A DNA stretch of 64,000 nt, taken from positions 1 through 64,000 of the IMG/VR virus record IMGVR_UViG_3300046002_004363, one strand, 5' to 3'. This document shows, piece after piece, positions 28,571 through 39,740 of the stretch (its first letter is position 1; each line of letters starts with the position of its first letter). Made by a program: the position numbers and the translations under genes. The notes beneath the pieces are model-generated. The model saw nothing but the letters and a program-made list of their open reading frames with translations, made no database searches and was not told the origin of the DNA. The stretch comes from a virus.

Positions 28571-31500
28571 TTATTCAAAAGATTTTGCGACTTCTGAATT
28601 TATAGCGTACACCTCAGCATAACCTGTGGTTTGTAAATTAAATCGTGTATTCATATAATACCCTCTAATACCAGACGTTTCAATTGAGCTAGGTTTTGAA
28701 GATAATATAAAGTCTCCTATATTTACTATGAATGTAATAAATGGTTCAGGTGTTATACTTATGTAGTCAGGTCCTATTCCAGAAACTGTTCCAAATAAAT
28801 TTCTATTTGTGTTATATATCTTATCTCCAACACTAACTGAACTTGGTACTTCGCTAAGGAAGTAGTCAGATCCAATTATATTCTGGATAACGCCCAATCC
28901 TGTTACAGATAATGTCTTTAAATCTAAAGAATCTAATCCTCTTATGTATGAGTAATAAACATTTTCTTTATTAAGAAAGTCAGAAGAATATGCGTATCCA
29001 TTCTGCATATCTGTACTAACTTCTACATTCCAAGCTGAATTACCTTCTATAGATATATTCTTAAATATCTTTCTTGTTGAAGGCTCTTCATTAAAGTTAA
29101 ATGCAAATGTAGATTGACCTAATGTTCCGTAAAAGTTATTATAAGACCCCACATTGTGCTTGTAAACATCTGCTCCTTTGAATGATAGGAATTCATTGTT
29201 CACTCTCAACATACTATCAGGGTCAAACGATTGTCTACCTAAAAATCCATTTACCTCTGGAGAGTAAGACCAAGTAACATAATCATACTTAACTGGTAAA
29301 GATGTATAATCTTTCCCCTTAATTTTGTACTTGATATTCATAATGTATATGTCAAAGAATGCATCATACTGACCAATTACATTTACAATTTCATTATCTC
29401 TAAATAAGGTTTTAAAGTAATCCCTCATTCCTGAATTACTTATCTCACTAAGACCATTAGAGTTATTCATACCTAATACAACACCTCTCTTGTCATCAGT
29501 ACAGAAAGCATTTGTTCCGTAGTCATCATAAGACTCAGGGTGTGATGATATTCCGTATTCTCCAGCATATAAAACTTGTTGACCTAATACATCTTCAATT
29601 CTTGATAGGTTAGTTGTTGCGTCTGTGTTATATAATAAATCCTTACCATACAATACCTTACTCCATTTATCCTCTTGAATTACAAGTAAATCAGTTTGGT
29701 CTGAATCAAGTCTTATAATACTTCCGTATTTCTTAACTAAATCATCCTTATAATTAGCTAAAGATAAATTGAATTCATTAAGTTTATTAACTCCAGTGCT
29801 TTCCTGATAAACACCAGAATATGTTAAATCAGCATATCTATTTACTTGTCTATATATGTCTTCCGTTATAGATGTTGGATTTGAGTTTATATAAAATCTT
29901 TTTCCATTAAACGAATCCTTAATAGTGTTACTTTCGCAACCATTTCCAAAAGTGAAACAGTTAAATGTTTTCTTTAATATATGTACATTTGGAGCTAATG
30001 CATTTCCAGAAAAATGATTTCCACCAACGACATTATATGTTTCTACACTTTCAAAATAAGGTGCATTTAATTGCTCTTCTTTGTAGTTTTCAAATATTAA
30101 AGTTCCAGATGAAAATTTAACATCAAATACCACATTTAAACGAACATTACTTCTTGCTGTACCGTCTCTATTAGACGCAACATAAAATCTTTTATTTTCA
30201 TCCCAGCCAAAATCCTGAAGTCTATCTTCTGCAAAGTTTAACCAAGCTTGATTATCAGCTATTTCAGCTTCCCACCATTCTCTAATAGAATCGTAATCAT
30301 CTTCTGCGAATTTTATTATCTCTACTTGTTGGTCGAAAGCTCCATTCTTAAACATATACATCCTAACAAAGAATCTTATTTGACTGCCATTCTTAACTGG
30401 AGTAGGAATAAAAACAGGAACTGTCGAATCATCAAACTCACCAAACAAAGGAGCAGTATAAACTTCATCTCCCCTCATATATCTTTGACTTCTAAATCCT
30501 TCGTACGTTACAAATGTGTCTCCATCTATATTTATATCGAAAGCTCCTTGTTTTATCTTAAAGTAAAGACCACTTGACTCAAGAATAGGATCTCCTCCAG
30601 ATGTTTCGTTGTCTGGCAAAAAGTCTTTTAGTTGGGTAGCTACCTCCAACACTTTTATCTGTATTGGTATTTCTGTAGGTCCTGAGTAATCTGATTTTAA
30701 TTCTAGTACATCACCTTCTTTTATTTTATTTTTGTTTTCACCAACTAATTGTATCCATCTATAAATACCATCTTCATAAACAACATTTCCATATATTGTG
30801 TCATACTCTCTCTTTGTTTCCTTTATAGCAAATTTATAATACTTAGCCCAAGAAGGTGGATTACTTGCCGTAGTAACTCTTATCGAATTAACTCTTTCGC
30901 TTTCTGATGCAGGAATATAAACAGATGTTTCTCCACCACTTATAACTGTGGTTTTTCTTCCTTTGTCATCTAAATATATTACATCACAAGTATAGTTTCT
31001 ATTTGAGTGCATACTTGCAAAAGCATCTTCACTATAAAGACCAAAGTTTAATGAGTTTATTAAATAAAAATCATCTTTATTTTCTTGCCAAGTGCTTTCT
31101 TCTGTAACAAAATACTTTACATAAGGCATTGTTATTGTCAATATGTCTCCAGAAACACTTGTAACAAATGGCTGAACACTAACTATATCTCCAGCATTAC
31201 TTGCCTTAGAATTCGGATTTAAAGGGTCGTAAAACGCAGATGAAAATGTACCTTCGAAATCAAGTACAAATCCAGAGTTTGTCATAAAATCATTTAAGTC
31301 GGTATAAGAATCTGTTAGGTTATAGAAATATGTAAATGCAGGTTGAACTTCATATACCAAAGAAGATTGTAATTCAAAATCAAAACGCATTTGTATTCCA
31401 GAAACAAATTCAAAATCAGTAAAATCAAATGATGCTGAATAATCTATAATTGTATCTCCCGCTAATGTTGAATCGTATCCTCCATCTTTAGGATAACACA

Positions 31501-33031
31501 ATTGGTCGTATGCATAGTATTTGTATTTTGACACATATATTTTAGGACCTACAACATAATAAGCATTATATTCTAAATCTAAATCATAAATCATACCATC
31601 ATCAGAAACAACATAAAGCTTTAAGTTATATATTGTTGCTAAAGAAATAGGCATAGTATATGTTATATTTTCTTCTCCAGAAACATCTATTGTAGAAAAC
31701 AATGTAGTACTTCCATCTTTTACATATACTGAGTATGTTGAACCGAAATAAACTCCTTTTGGAGATACCTTTAAAATTAAATCTATATTTGTTGCAGATG
31801 GAAAATCAGTTGTTCTGTCTACAATAATTGTATTTGTTTCATAATCTATTTCATCTACAGGAGCAGAGCCACCTTCTGGCGTTCCAAATTCAAAGTCTAC
31901 TACATTTGAGTATGTCGTGCTTTTAACAACATCAGATACAATTCCTTCCTTTTCATCTATAACCAATGATGATGAGAAATAATCTACATTTAATTTCACA
32001 GGTTCTGGTATGTCTCTTCCTTCTGTAATATTACCATAGACTAATCTATTACCAATTGCAGATTGTGCTTTTGCTTTTAATGGAACATTATCAAAATTTC
32101 TAAAGTATTGAGATTCCTCTAATACACCATATATTTTATTTCCATAGAAGTTGTATGTAATTGATTGATTAGGTATGTTCCATCCTTCTTCACTCTTTAT
32201 AAACTTATCTATTATATATACGGTAGAACTTTCACTTTCCTTAAATAATAAATCAATACCTATAACGTGTCTATTCCCGCAATTAAAGCTTATATTAACT
32301 GTATTTGCTAAATTAACCATACCTAAGTTTTCATAGGTTTGATAATCTAATGCAAATGAAGAAGGTAAAAATGCAACTTGACTCCAGGAAGATATTGCTG
32401 AATAATACCCATCTTCATATTTATATCTATAAGCAAATTGTAAAAATTTATCTTCTAAGAAATTAGTTAATTCTGTGGTAACTGTTGATTGAAGAGTTAT
32501 TATAGGAGCGTATATCGGAGAAGGTTTCATTACAGATACCTCATCTTCCGTAAAACCATCAATACCATAAGTCTTAGCTCTCTCTATATTAATTATTCTT
32601 GGAGGGTTTAGACCATCAGTCCAAGACAATAAATCATAACCTTCTACACTTACAAATAAGTCAGAATGCGATATGCGATATTCATTATCAAAATTCAATA
32701 CACCTGTTCCGTGAGTTGACTGAAGTACTATCTCTGTGGTATTATCAATTATATTATATTGAATAACATAGTCATAAGAAGGAGATGCTACAAAATAGAA
32801 AGCCCTATTCTTTGCATCATCCTCTATACTCCCAATTGTTTCAGAATTAGCTATATTTAAAGACGTAACTTTTAAATTACCCTTTACATTCTTTAGCACA
32901 CCAACACCTCCATTATCTTCAGAAATAACCATTACATTCTCTGCATCAGTCATCTGACCATTAGGCGTCAATCTTTCATCAAAATCTTTATTAACCGTTG
33001 CCTTAAGAAAATTATTTTTTATTTTAGCCAT
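28571..33031 (-). CDS. tail nozzle/stabilisation protein
   Basis: 1486 aa, NKDFDERL.PNG...DAEN start, beta-rich, follows ring proteins. Confidence 0.7.
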   Translation of the reverse strand: MAKIKNNFLKATVNKDFDERLTPNGQMTDAENVMVISEDNGGVGVLKNVKGNLKVTSLNIANSETIGSIEDDAKNRAFYFVASPSYDYVIQYNIIDNTTEIVLQSTHGTGVLNFDNEYRISHSDLFVSVEGYDLLSWTDGLNPPRIINIERAKTYGIDGFTEDEVSVMKPSPIYAPIITLQSTVTTELTNFLEDKFLQFAYRYKYEDGYYSAISSWSQVAFLPSSFALDYQTYENLGMVNLANTVNISFNCGNRHVIGIDLLFKESESSTVYIIDKFIKSEEGWNIPNQSITYNFYGNKIYGVLEESQYFRNFDNVPLKAKAQSAIGNRLVYGNITEGRDIPEPVKLNVDYFSSSLVIDEKEGIVSDVVKSTTYSNVVDFEFGTPEGGSAPVDEIDYETNTIIVDRTTDFPSATNIDLILKVSPKGVYFGSTYSVYVKDGSTTLFSTIDVSGEENITYTMPISLATIYNLKLYVVSDDGMIYDLDLEYNAYYVVGPKIYVSKYKYYAYDQLCYPKDGGYDSTLAGDTIIDYSASFDFTDFEFVSGIQMRFDFELQSSLVYEVQPAFTYFYNLTDSYTDLNDFMTNSGFVLDFEGTFSSAFYDPLNPNSKASNAGDIVSVQPFVTSVSGDILTITMPYVKYFVTEESTWQENKDDFYLINSLNFGLYSEDAFASMHSNRNYTCDVIYLDDKGRKTTVISGGETSVYIPASESERVNSIRVTTASNPPSWAKYYKFAIKETKREYDTIYGNVVYEDGIYRWIQLVGENKNKIKEGDVLELKSDYSGPTEIPIQIKVLEVATQLKDFLPDNETSGGDPILESSGLYFKIKQGAFDINIDGDTFVTYEGFRSQRYMRGDEVYTAPLFGEFDDSTVPVFIPTPVKNGSQIRFFVRMYMFKNGAFDQQVEIIKFAEDDYDSIREWWEAEIADNQAWLNFAEDRLQDFGWDENKRFYVASNRDGTARSNVRLNVVFDVKFSSGTLIFENYKEEQLNAPYFESVETYNVVGGNHFSGNALAPNVHILKKTFNCFTFGNGCESNTIKDSFNGKRFYINSNPTSITEDIYRQVNRYADLTYSGVYQESTGVNKLNEFNLSLANYKDDLVKKYGSIIRLDSDQTDLLVIQEDKWSKVLYGKDLLYNTDATTNLSRIEDVLGQQVLYAGEYGISSHPESYDDYGTNAFCTDDKRGVVLGMNNSNGLSEISNSGMRDYFKTLFRDNEIVNVIGQYDAFFDIYIMNIKYKIKGKDYTSLPVKYDYVTWSYSPEVNGFLGRQSFDPDSMLRVNNEFLSFKGADVYKHNVGSYNNFYGTLGQSTFAFNFNEEPSTRKIFKNISIEGNSAWNVEVSTDMQNGYAYSSDFLNKENVYYSYIRGLDSLDLKTLSVTGLGVIQNIIGSDYFLSEVPSSVSVGDKIYNTNRNLFGTVSGIGPDYISITPEPFITFIVNIGDFILSSKPSSIETSGIRGYYMNTRFNLQTTGYAEVYAINSEVAKSFE

Positions 33032-33879
33032 TTCTTTCTACCATTAAATAATATGAATAATTCACCGCCTCTTAAATCTAACATTCTGATATTAGCATTT
33101 TGTAGGTCTCTATAGTAGTCTTTCTTAGCTCTATTAATTATGTATTCCTGAACACCATACTTATTATTTAAGATAGCATACTTCACATAACTATATAAGG
33201 CTTGCTCAGCTAATTTATGTACCATCACTTCGTCTCCGTTATTATATTCAAGACCATCAGATACATACTCTAATACAATTACTCTACCACCAATATTAGA
33301 AGAGAATGACATCACACCTTTTCTCTTGTCTATACTAAAGTATCCATTTGCATTAAGTGAAGGATTAATCCCATAGTTAGGACCAGTTAGGTCGTGATCA
33401 CAATAACTATTATCTCTACTAACTACTCTTTCGTTATATTTCTTAAATGTTTCTGTTTCATTAGCCTCTAAAGGATATCCGTTTTCATCAAACAATATAT
33501 TGAATTCGTGGTCTTGTAAATAAGCTGTACCAATTAATGTTCTTGAATCTTTAGACAATGTTCTTAATAATCCATCATTTCCTAATACAGAAACCCTAAC
33601 ATACGAAACAAAGTCGTGAGGGAGTGTAAGTAATAAAGAATCACTTAACTCTAACTCTACAACCTTTACTTCCTTTAATGTATCATAATTAAATTCCTGA
33701 ATACCTCTCTTAAAGTGTTGTAATACATTATATCTCTTTACATTAGATAGTAACCTATCGTCTCCAATTTGTTCTAACATAAAATTATTAACCAATTGAG
33801 ATAGAGATACATACTGATAACTACCCCAATTATCCTCGTTATTATAGTAATTTATTGGTGGTAAAATTTGGTGTGCCAT
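33019..33879 (-). CDS. tail ring/adaptor protein
   Basis: position; LP.DFV.YVRVS. Confidence 0.6.
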   Translation of the reverse strand: MAHQILPPINYYNNEDNWGSYQYVSLSQLVNNFMLEQIGDDRLLSNVKRYNVLQHFKRGIQEFNYDTLKEVKVVELELSDSLLLTLPHDFVSYVRVSVLGNDGLLRTLSKDSRTLIGTAYLQDHEFNILFDENGYPLEANETETFKKYNERVVSRDNSYCDHDLTGPNYGINPSLNANGYFSIDKRKGVMSFSSNIGGRVIVLEYVSDGLEYNNGDEVMVHKLAEQALYSYVKYAILNNKYGVQEYIINRAKKDYYRDLQNANIRMLDLRGGELFILFNGRKKWLK

Positions 33880-33889
33880 CTATTATATT

Positions 33890-34615
33890 TTATAATTGTT
33901 CGTTATTTGTACTTGCGGTTTCCATTGCTTGTGCTATCTGTACCACATCATTCTCTCTGATTTCAATACCACAATACCCTAATATCTTTATAACTAAATC
34001 TGAAAAGAATTGTTCTGGCAATTCAAAATCTTGATAGTCTGTTGCAGACGCATTAAACAAAGGGTTTCCTCCAACACTTAAGTAAGTCCATTTCGGTGCT
34101 TTAGGCTTTCTGATATAAGTACCTATGATTGTAGCTCCACTAACTATTGGGAATATTCTATATTTACCATCAATACCAACATAAACAGGATACTCTGTTG
34201 TAGGAGATATTAAATTATTATTAAGTAATTTAGTTATCTCTAACTTACTAACTTCTTCGACTTCTATTCTTCCAGAAAATTGATTTGCTCCAGTTGGTAA
34301 TCTTTCTATCTTAACACCCTTGTAAAAATCAGTTGCAGTATATTGATGTAAGCCACTTTCAGTTATTAAGGATAAATTAGCCTCAGAAATAAATACGTCA
34401 AATGCTTCTCTAATATGCTTTGGTATATCTGAAAATTCAGAGTGATACATTCTTGCATTCTGCTTAGATATAGCCTTAGAGTATTTATGAAATAACTCTT
34501 CGAATATAGCCATTTGCGCTAATTCAGAATATAAATTAAATTCCAAAGGACTAACATAGCCTCTATTGTCTTTATTTAATATAGCTAATACCGTAGTATA
34601 TACTTGATTTATCAT
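33890..34615 (-). CDS. head-tail adaptor/ring protein
   Basis: NKDNRGY.SP.EFN, YIRKP..PKW, DFELP. Confidence 0.65.
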   Translation of the reverse strand: MINQVYTTVLAILNKDNRGYVSPLEFNLYSELAQMAIFEELFHKYSKAISKQNARMYHSEFSDIPKHIREAFDVFISEANLSLITESGLHQYTATDFYKGVKIERLPTGANQFSGRIEVEEVSKLEITKLLNNNLISPTTEYPVYVGIDGKYRIFPIVSGATIIGTYIRKPKAPKWTYLSVGGNPLFNASATDYQDFELPEQFFSDLVIKILGYCGIEIRENDVVQIAQAMETASTNNEQL

Positions 34616-34648
34616 TTGTAAGTAAATTTATTTGCAAAGATACAAAAT

Positions 34649-34679
34649 AAAAAAAAGCCCCTAATCAATAGAGGCTTTT
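34649..34679 (-). terminator. intrinsic terminator
   Basis: AAAAGCC...GGCTTTT with A run. Confidence 0.6.
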
Positions 34680-34709
34680 GCATTTCACATAAAACGAAAT
34701 GGGTGCGTA

Positions 34710-35459
34710 TTATTTAATCTTACTTTGAACGTACTTGTTAAAGGCTTTTCCTTCGTCTGTATCATTCATCCATCTTGCAAGTGTATTAAACTTGTCTGTC
34801 TCGTCAAATGGAACTTTACATAATAATGTTTCACCATTATAGAATGCATTTCCTTTGTATTGAGCAAGATTTAATTCTGTAGCCCTTACAGCTAATCCCT
34901 TCAACTTAGTTAGATCATCTGAAGCTAACTTCATAAAACTTTCTGGGTTTGATTTAGCATATAAGAATACATCTCTCTTAACCTCTGCTGTTTTCTTAGA
35001 TAATACTGAACTACCATATAATGATAATGCAATACTTTCAATTTCAGGTAAAGTTAATGCCATAGCTGTTTGTAATGATTCCATTTCGACCTCTAATGAA
35101 CTTAACTCTTTCTCAGCAATTTCATCTGGTTTAAATTCTTCAAATACAATACCATTGTCAGGTGTAATCTCTAAGAATTTTTGTAATTGTGGATTTGTTC
35201 TTGGAACAGTAAGTTTACCATTCTGAAAGATAATTGAGCCTAAGATAACGTCTCCGCTTTGTTCATCTTCAAATACAGATTTTTGATTTGTTCCATAACA
35301 CAAACTCTTTAATGTTCCTTCTTCTTCATCAAAGAATTGTAATGGAGACCCTTTCTTATGTCTATTTCTTAAGAATAGTTGCATAGGTGGATTCTTTGTA
35401 AGTAAGACGTATGTCTTGTCTTTGACTGCTTCTTCAGTCTTTTTAGCTTTTACTGCCAT
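34710..35459 (-). CDS. structural-module hypothetical protein
   Basis: ORF downstream of MCP. Confidence 0.6.
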   Translation of the reverse strand: MAVKAKKTEEAVKDKTYVLLTKNPPMQLFLRNRHKKGSPLQFFDEEEGTLKSLCYGTNQKSVFEDEQSGDVILGSIIFQNGKLTVPRTNPQLQKFLEITPDNGIVFEEFKPDEIAEKELSSLEVEMESLQTAMALTLPEIESIALSLYGSSVLSKKTAEVKRDVFLYAKSNPESFMKLASDDLTKLKGLAVRATELNLAQYKGNAFYNGETLLCKVPFDETDKFNTLARWMNDTDEGKAFNKYVQSKIK

Positions 35460-35563
35460 ATTAAATTAAATTAGAATTATTCTGCAAAGATACGAAATAA
35501 AATAAGTTGTAATTTTAACTTTTCGTTTAGAAGTAATTATATATATTTGTAAAAAAAATAAGT

Positions 35564-36253
35564 ATGGCATACGTTTATAGACATATACGAAAAGATACAA
35601 ATCAAGTGTTTTATATTGGCATAGGAACAAGGTCAGGGCTTCATAGAGCAAAAAGCAAATCTTGTAGAAATAAAATATGGAATAGTATTGTGTCTAAAAC
35701 AGAATATGAAGTAGAAATACTTTTTGAAGACGTTTCTTGGGATTTTGCTGTTGAAAAAGAAATTGAATTTATAAAACTATATGGCAAGATTATAGATAAA
35801 AACGGAACATTATCTAATTTAACTGATGGAGGAGAAGGATGCGCAGGTTTTAGTCATTCAGAAGAAACTAAAATAAGATTAAGTAAAAGTAAAAAAGGAG
35901 AAAAAAATCCAATGTATGGTACAGTATCGCCAAATAAAGGGAAAAAAACTTCAGAAGAAGTAAGAGAAAAAATAAGATTATCAAATACAGGTAAATTTAA
36001 AGGAGAAAAAAATCCTTACTATGGCAAAAAACACTCTGATGAGATTAGAAAAAAAATGTCAGATATACAGAAAACAATATCTAAAAAAGGAGAAGATAAT
36101 CCTATGAGTAGAAAAATAATAAACTCAAACAATGGCAAGGTATATGACTGCATAAGAGAAGCCGCTGAAGATTTTGGATTTACATACTCAAAAGTAAAAT
36201 GCCTATTAAATGGGAAAACAAAGGTAAACAACACAGGTCTTGAGTATCTATAA
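35564..36253 (+). mobile_element. free-standing GIY-YIG homing endonuclease with NUMOD3 repeats
   Basis: YVY...FYIG, NLTDGGEG, repeated HSEETK/KNPMYG; antisense to the operon with own promoter. Confidence 0.85.
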
Positions 36254-36282
36254 AAAAAAGAGAGGCATTACACCTCTCTTTT
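36252..36282. terminator. bidirectional terminator
   Basis: AAAAGAGAGG/CCTCTCTTTT. Confidence 0.8.
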
Positions 36283-36315
36283 ATTATTTATAACTTATTG
36301 ATTTTCAAATAGTTA

Positions 36316-37674
36316 CTAACCTTTAACAAGTACGAAATTATTACGACCCATCGTACATAAGGCTCTTTCTGTCAACATGTGTAGTTGGTTAGCATCTAAG
36401 TCTGAATTACTTACATTTCCAGCTCCACCAACGCTCCACACTTTATAACGTCTGTCTTCAGTAGCAGACTTACGGTATTTAACGTGTAAGAATGGCAAAG
36501 TAGCATTAGCTCCTAAAACTTCATCTCTAACTGTTTTTGTTCCAGAAGGACATAGAACAGAGTTGATTGCAGAGTTACCAGAGAACAAACCACGAGCAGT
36601 TGGATCATCTAAGTATTTCCATTGAGATTTGTAGATTTCGTAACCAGCAACTTTGAAACCTGAGAAACCTAAGTTTAAAGCTGTATCTTCGCTGTTATTG
36701 AAAGCTCCGTAAGAAGTACCTCCAACACCATAAGAATTTTGAGCAGCTAACAAGTAATCAATAGCTCTGTCTTGTTCGAAATCATTCATCATCATATATT
36801 CAGAAATAGCACCTTGTTTGTTTAAACGAGATAAGATTTCATCTACATCATCCATAGTAGAGATTACACCAGAGAATACGTTACCTTGAGCAACAGCTTC
36901 GAAGAAACCTTCAGTACCTGTGTACCCAGCAGTAGCAGCAGCAGAACCACTTTCGAAAGAAACACCCTCTACCATACCCATCTCGATATAGTCATCAAAT
37001 CTTTGACGAGATTGCGCTCTTGATTTTAAGTACCATAAGTACCCATTACCACCTTCACCTTCAACTTCAATCCAACCAACTTGAGCCATATCAGAACCAT
37101 TAACTTCATCTAATTCCTTGATGATGATTGGTTTGTTATCAAAGATGTCTGGAGTAGCCTCTAAAGATTCAGCTCTACCATTAGTTCCTTTTCTATACTC
37201 ATTAGAGTAAGTGAATACGTTGATTCCTGAAGCAGCTAAAGCACCAGTATTACCAGCAGTACCGAAACCAGCAGATGTAGAAGCAGCAACTGTAAATGTA
37301 TTTGCGTCTTCCGCTGTTACAATACCTTTCATTTCAACTGTACCATCATTTAAGATTACAGTATCATTTAAACGGAAAGAATGTCCATTCAAAGTAAATA
37401 CAGCTCCTGAACGAGTTACACCTGTACCAACTGGTCTTAAACGACCTTCTTCAGACCATTTAATTAAGTCAGATTGGATAGCCATCTCTTGACCCATTTT
37501 CTCTAAGAAACCTTTTAACGATTGGTTTCCGTAACGAGCGAATTCTTTTTCATACAATTCAGGTAAGAATTGATTTGTGAAGTCGAAATCAGAAGCATCT
37601 AAGTAGTTGCTATTTAAGATTTCTTTTGTTGCAGTAGGAGTTAATTTTACTCCTGGACTTGAATTTAATGCCAT
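36316..37674 (-). CDS. major capsid protein
   Basis: 452 aa after scaffold; WSEEGRL, WYLKS, LTER.LC. Confidence 0.8.
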   Translation of the reverse strand: MALNSSPGVKLTPTATKEILNSNYLDASDFDFTNQFLPELYEKEFARYGNQSLKGFLEKMGQEMAIQSDLIKWSEEGRLRPVGTGVTRSGAVFTLNGHSFRLNDTVILNDGTVEMKGIVTAEDANTFTVAASTSAGFGTAGNTGALAASGINVFTYSNEYRKGTNGRAESLEATPDIFDNKPIIIKELDEVNGSDMAQVGWIEVEGEGGNGYLWYLKSRAQSRQRFDDYIEMGMVEGVSFESGSAAATAGYTGTEGFFEAVAQGNVFSGVISTMDDVDEILSRLNKQGAISEYMMMNDFEQDRAIDYLLAAQNSYGVGGTSYGAFNNSEDTALNLGFSGFKVAGYEIYKSQWKYLDDPTARGLFSGNSAINSVLCPSGTKTVRDEVLGANATLPFLHVKYRKSATEDRRYKVWSVGGAGNVSNSDLDANQLHMLTERALCTMGRNNFVLVKG

Positions 37675-37709
37675 TTGTGTGTGTTTTTGTTTTTTTTATT
37701 ATTTCTTTT

Positions 37710-38729
37710 TTATACTAATTTAAACTTTGTGCCAGTAGATATGCTCTCTGGCGCTCTACGCATTCCCATATCTATGTTCTTACTATTTCTAACCTCATCC
37801 TCTATAGCCTTAGCCTTAGCTGTTTCATATACGTTTGATAAGATTGATTCGTAGTTCATAGCTACATACAATGCTTTGTGGTATCCTTCAGGGTCTTTGA
37901 TAAAACCATTCTCATCTAAGAACTTTCCTAAAAAATTCATCACGTTTGATTGTGTCTCTTTCGTAGATTGAATATTTGAAGGTTTGTGATTAATAACTTC
38001 TTCACCAACTTTAAATTCAAAACCTTTGAATTCATTGCTAAATAAATTATCAGTCTCCTTCAAGAATATTTCATTCTGTTTTTGAGATAATTCCTCTTGC
38101 CCTTTAATAGAATCTACAAACTCCTTAGCACTTTTATATTCAGCTGGAATTTCTGTATCACTAGACCCTAATGGTACAGCATATTTTTCCTTTTGTTTAT
38201 TAAAGTATTCTAAGGCATCTGCGTGAGCCTTCTTAAATGCACGAGTCTTTTTTCTTATATCCTTGTCATCATCAAGGTCTTCATCATAAGCGTATGCATC
38301 TAAAAATTCATCTTGAATATCTTCATTGTCGAATTCAGGATTCATTTCTCGCATATACTTCTTAACAATATCTTGTTCGTCTAATTCAGAAAAGTCTTTT
38401 TGGTATTCTAAAAAATCATTATACCCCCTACCTGTTTCCTCTTTAAACTCTAAGTACTTCTTAACATCTTCTGGTAATTCCTTGCTTTCGCTTTTAGGAG
38501 CTACCTTAGATAATAATTCTTCCTTAGTCTTAAGGTATTCTAATACGTCATCGTCATTATTAAATGTAAGAACTTGTTTGTCTTCTATAATCTCATCAGG
38601 TGTATCATTTGTTGTTGTAACCGAATCTGTAATTTGGTCGTTCACTTCAGACACTCCTTCATTGTCAATGATCACATCATTATTTTGAACATCAGAGTAC
38701 TCAGACCCTTCTAATTTCATTTTAAACAT
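37710..38729 (-). CDS. capsid scaffolding protein
   Basis: acidic protein between portal and MCP. Confidence 0.65.
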   Translation of the reverse strand: MFKMKLEGSEYSDVQNNDVIIDNEGVSEVNDQITDSVTTTNDTPDEIIEDKQVLTFNNDDDVLEYLKTKEELLSKVAPKSESKELPEDVKKYLEFKEETGRGYNDFLEYQKDFSELDEQDIVKKYMREMNPEFDNEDIQDEFLDAYAYDEDLDDDKDIRKKTRAFKKAHADALEYFNKQKEKYAVPLGSSDTEIPAEYKSAKEFVDSIKGQEELSQKQNEIFLKETDNLFSNEFKGFEFKVGEEVINHKPSNIQSTKETQSNVMNFLGKFLDENGFIKDPEGYHKALYVAMNYESILSNVYETAKAKAIEDEVRNSKNIDMGMRRAPESISTGTKFKLV

Positions 38730-38809
38730 ATAGTATTTGATTTAATTAAATTTCTCTGCAAAATTACAAAATAATAGTTTTTATTTATCGTGGTTAAAAT
38801 TCTGATAAT

Positions 38810-39712
38810 TTAAACATATATTAGACTTGTTTTATTTGGTCTATTTCCACTTAAGTAATTATTCAGTGTAGATATATTTATATTTCTAGCCACAGCAGCT
38901 TCTCTTACGCAATAATAATATATTCCACTATCTAAATCTAAGACTAATTTTGATTTGTAATTATTTTCCCCAGATATACTTTTGCTTCTTTTTTCTAAGC
39001 ACTCTTTTGATAACACCCTTCCTTTTAATGCGTTGGATATTTTCTCCCTTCTTTCTTTTGAAAATACAGTTCCTTTATTGCTTTCTGATATTTTCTTTCT
39101 AGTTTCAATAGATACTTTTCTACCTACTAATCCTTTTGATATTTTTATTTTACTTTCTTCTGTATGCTTAAATCCTTTAAGTGAATTAGATATTTTCTCT
39201 TTAGATTCGTCTGAATGATTTTTGCCAAGCATATTTTTATTGCCTTTTTTTGATTCAGATATTTTATCTTTAGTTTCTTCAGTATGATTTTTACCATACA
39301 TTGGATGTTTTTCCCCAGAAAATTTACCCTTCATTACAATAGACATATTCTCTATTTGCTCTGCGCTTCTTTTTTTACCTTTATTAGAAAATCCTATTTT
39401 TGACTTTGTTTCTTCTGAATGCTTACCACTAAGAGAATCTGTTTCTGTAAGTTTACAATTCAATCCTTCATTTCCTGTGGAGTTATAATGATCTTGCCAA
39501 AACCTTTCCTTTTCGTTTAATTCGTTTATAAAGCACTCTTCAATAATATCAAAACTATGATTTTTAAATCCATAACTTAAGATAGAATTATACAATCTAA
39601 CTTGATTTTTACAGTTGTTATTTCTGTATTTTCTTATTCTGCTGTTTATATTTGTACTTTGACCTATATATATTTTCCCAGACGGAGAAGTTATCTTGTA
39701 TATTCCTATCAT
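38810..39712 (-). mobile_element. free-standing GIY-YIG homing endonuclease with NUMOD3 repeats
   Basis: MIGIYKITSPSGKIYIGQS plus multiple H(S/T)EE(T/S)K.KIS. Confidence 0.9.
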
Positions 39713-39740
39713 ATTTTTTTATTGCAAATATAACTATTTT

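Noticed and set aside
35564-39712. Group I introns around the GIY-YIG genes
   Set aside because: Flanking genes are intact and the intergenic space is too short for a ribozyme core
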